Source: Candidatus Uhrbacteria bacterium RIFCSPLOWO2_02_FULL_48_12
GTDB taxonomy: Bacteria > Patescibacteriota > Patescibacteriia > GWA2-46-9
DNA length: 24,384 nt
NCBI GenBank assembly: GCA_001791425.1
Contig: MGEP01000030.1
Location: 1 to 24,384, forward strand
Direction: 5' to 3'
In this document: one piece after another, positions 23,000-24,384 of the stretch
Position numbering within the stretch: the stretch's first letter is position 1
Layout of the letters: each line of letters begins with the position of its first letter
Position numbers and translations under genes: made by a program
The notes under the pieces: model-generated
Seen by the model: only the letters and a program-made list of their open reading frames with translations
The model's database searches: none
What the model was told of the DNA's origin: nothing

Positions 23000-24384
23000 C
23001 TAAACTAAATCTCCTAACCGTATAAATCTTCCTTTCTCAAATCGCGCTTGGTCTATCCTCTTATATGACCACTCTTTACCAGTTAGTTTAGACACTTGCT
23101 TACACCATTCTTCGGCTCGTTTATCTTTGAGTTTTACATCAACATCTTCTCTGCCTTTCGTTTCAATAACCCAGCAAGTATCCTTTGTTTTAGCGATGAA
23201 ATCCGGTATATAGTTCCTTACAAATCCGTTGGTATCAATATACGGAATACGGAAATTGAGCGTCTGTTGGTGATTTTTCATAAACGCCAGCACATCGTCG
23301 TCGTTATCAAGTAAGCGTGTAAATTGGTCCTCTAATTTATTCTCAATCGGCGTGAAATTAAGGACAATTTTCTTTGCTTCAAAAATATCCCGCGACCACG
23401 GAAATGGTTTTATGTCAATGGCTCGCAATTCTTCACCAACTAATTCTATATCCTCGGATACGGCCGTAAGGTCATTGATGCGGTCAACAAAAACCTCTAT
23501 CAGCCGCACTCTGACTTTGGCGTTATTGAGCCGCTTCAAATCATCCTCGTTAAAGTCCAACGATTTATCAAAGAGTTTATTTTTTATGTAATCCTTTGTT
23601 ATGCCCGCAATGTTTTCAAACTGGCCGGGCACGCGGCTATATTTCTGAATCTTTTTTGTAATCGCGCTGATGTAAATATCCGGTCTATCAGCAAATGGCA
23701 TTGTGAGTATTTCTTCTGCTTCAACTTGCTTGGTAAGCAAATCCCGCTTACGCATTTTAATCTCCACGGGGTTTAAATCCTTATAGTGAAATAGTGGAGA
23801 TGGAAAATCAGAAACTTTTAATTCTTGGAGTTTCTTTACCGACCTTGTTACACCTCCTTGTGTAACCGGAACGGCAATATTATACTCTTTTTTGTTCTCA
23901 TCAACGCTGATAATTTTCGGGAGTGTCTCCGGTTTTTGTATTGGGACAAACTCAATCTCCACTCCTTGCTCGGTTAGTGCGTCTTGAATCAAATCGTGGA
24001 ACGCGGGGTGTTCAATCACAATCAACTCATCGGTGTAATTGCCTAAAAGTTGGCCGGGGAACATTCGCCGTAGTCCGCGACCAAGTGTCTGCTCCGGTAA
24101 GATTTTTGAGTCCGCGCTCAATGGTCGTAACGGGGCAATCACTTTTACATTCTTTACATCCCAACCTTCCCGAAGCATAAGCACGGAAACAACGGCAAGG
24201 TATGGATTATCTGGCTCATCAACTTCTCTTGCCCATTTGCGCGCGTTATCCAAATCTTTTTTACTGACCTCGCCTTTCTTGTCGGTGTGAATAGTTAAAA
24301 CTTTATCAGACAGCTCTTTGAAAGAATCCAAATAGTCGGCCACTTGGTCTGCGGCGGTAGTGTTTTCGGCCATAACGAATAGAA
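23000..24384 (-). CDS. res: Type III restriction-modification Res subunit (SF2 helicase C-terminal half plus nuclease), 5'-truncated by the window edge
   Basis: Frame stays open past ATG 24373 (LFVMAENT). Helicase motifs VSVLMLREGWDVKNV and EQTLGRGLRRM; C-terminal PD-(D/E)xK nuclease YIPDFI..WVIETKG. Confidence 0.85.
   Translation of the reverse strand, partial: LFVMAENTTAADQVADYLDSFKELSDKVLTIHTDKKGEVSKKDLDNARKWAREVDEPDNPYLAVVSVLMLREGWDVKNVKVIAPLRPLSADSKILPEQTLGRGLRRMFPGQLLGNYTDELIVIEHPAFHDLIQDALTEQGVEIEFVPIQKPETLPKIISVDENKKEYNIAVPVTQGGVTRSVKKLQELKVSDFPSPLFHYKDLNPVEIKMRKRDLLTKQVEAEEILTMPFADRPDIYISAITKKIQKYSRVPGQFENIAGITKDYIKNKLFDKSLDFNEDDLKRLNNAKVRVRLIEVFVDRINDLTAVSEDIELVGEELRAIDIKPFPWSRDIFEAKKIVLNFTPIENKLEDQFTRLLDNDDDVLAFMKNHQQTLNFRIPYIDTNGFVRNYIPDFIAKTKDTCWVIETKGREDVDVKLKDKRAEEWCKQVSKLTGKEWSYKRIDQARFEKGRFIRLGDLV

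Noticed and set aside
124-24290. Numerous 60-160-aa antisense or alternative-frame ORFs in the track (for example 4892-5116, 4932-5171, 9311-9787, 11098-11469, 14793-15134, 17426-17677, 22020-22394)
   Set aside because: They lie within well-supported genes and show no recognisable motifs. The ones over the PriA insert are open because the GC-rich palindromes lack stop codons.
1-24384. tRNA, rRNA, tmRNA or transposase genes
   Set aside because: No cloverleaf or T-loop motif (GTTCRA) in a suitable context in the short intergenic regions, and no transposase or integrase ORF found.
1-24384. Alternative genetic code (UGA=Gly, as in Gracilibacteria/Absconditabacteria)
   Set aside because: Long conserved ORFs translate fully in code 11, and TGA acts as a stop in ATGA overlaps (def/fmt, GT4/GT2, GT2/GT2).

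Overview
The window looks like a Patescibacteria/CPR (Parcubacteria-like) chromosome segment using genetic code 11. The taxon is inferred from the short AlaRS, the RpoA without a CTD, a secreted repeat protein of a type I associate with CPR, and several leaderless promoters. TGA is used as a stop in ATGA overlaps. The plus strand carries the 3' part of clpB, a secreted lysozyme-like/repeat protein, a LigB/MEMO-like protein, and priA-def-fmt. The minus strand carries a CxxC-x17-CxxC zinc-finger gene with a structured 5' UTR and a five-gene glycan locus (wzx, GT4, GT2, GT2, O-antigen-ligase-like). It also carries the cluster infA-rpmJ-rpsM-rpsK-rpsD-rpoA-rplQ-rplM-rpsI, a membrane-anchored hypothetical, a short alaS, a transglutaminase-like protein, mnmA, a small HTH regulator, a small hypothetical and the 3' half of a Type III restriction Res subunit. 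The main unexplained signal is a set of short palindromic DNA elements found both between genes and in frame inside housekeeping genes. (1) A ~153-bp, ~69% GC, five-hairpin insert sits inside the PriA zinc-binding region, and one hairpin resembles an IS200/IS605 right end. (2) A 34-37-bp palindrome brackets the HTH gene as a direct repeat, and a third diverged copy (25/34 identical, no gaps) is translated inside mnmA. (3) Further palindromic and heptamer inserts lie in mnmA and in the 78-aa ORF. Other notable items are a ClpB with an LGF (ClpP-docking-like) loop, an RpoA whose CTD is replaced by an AT-hook-like tail, and a leaderless 20-codon uORF ahead of the infA-alpha operon. All family assignments come from motif recognition by eye; no searches were run.
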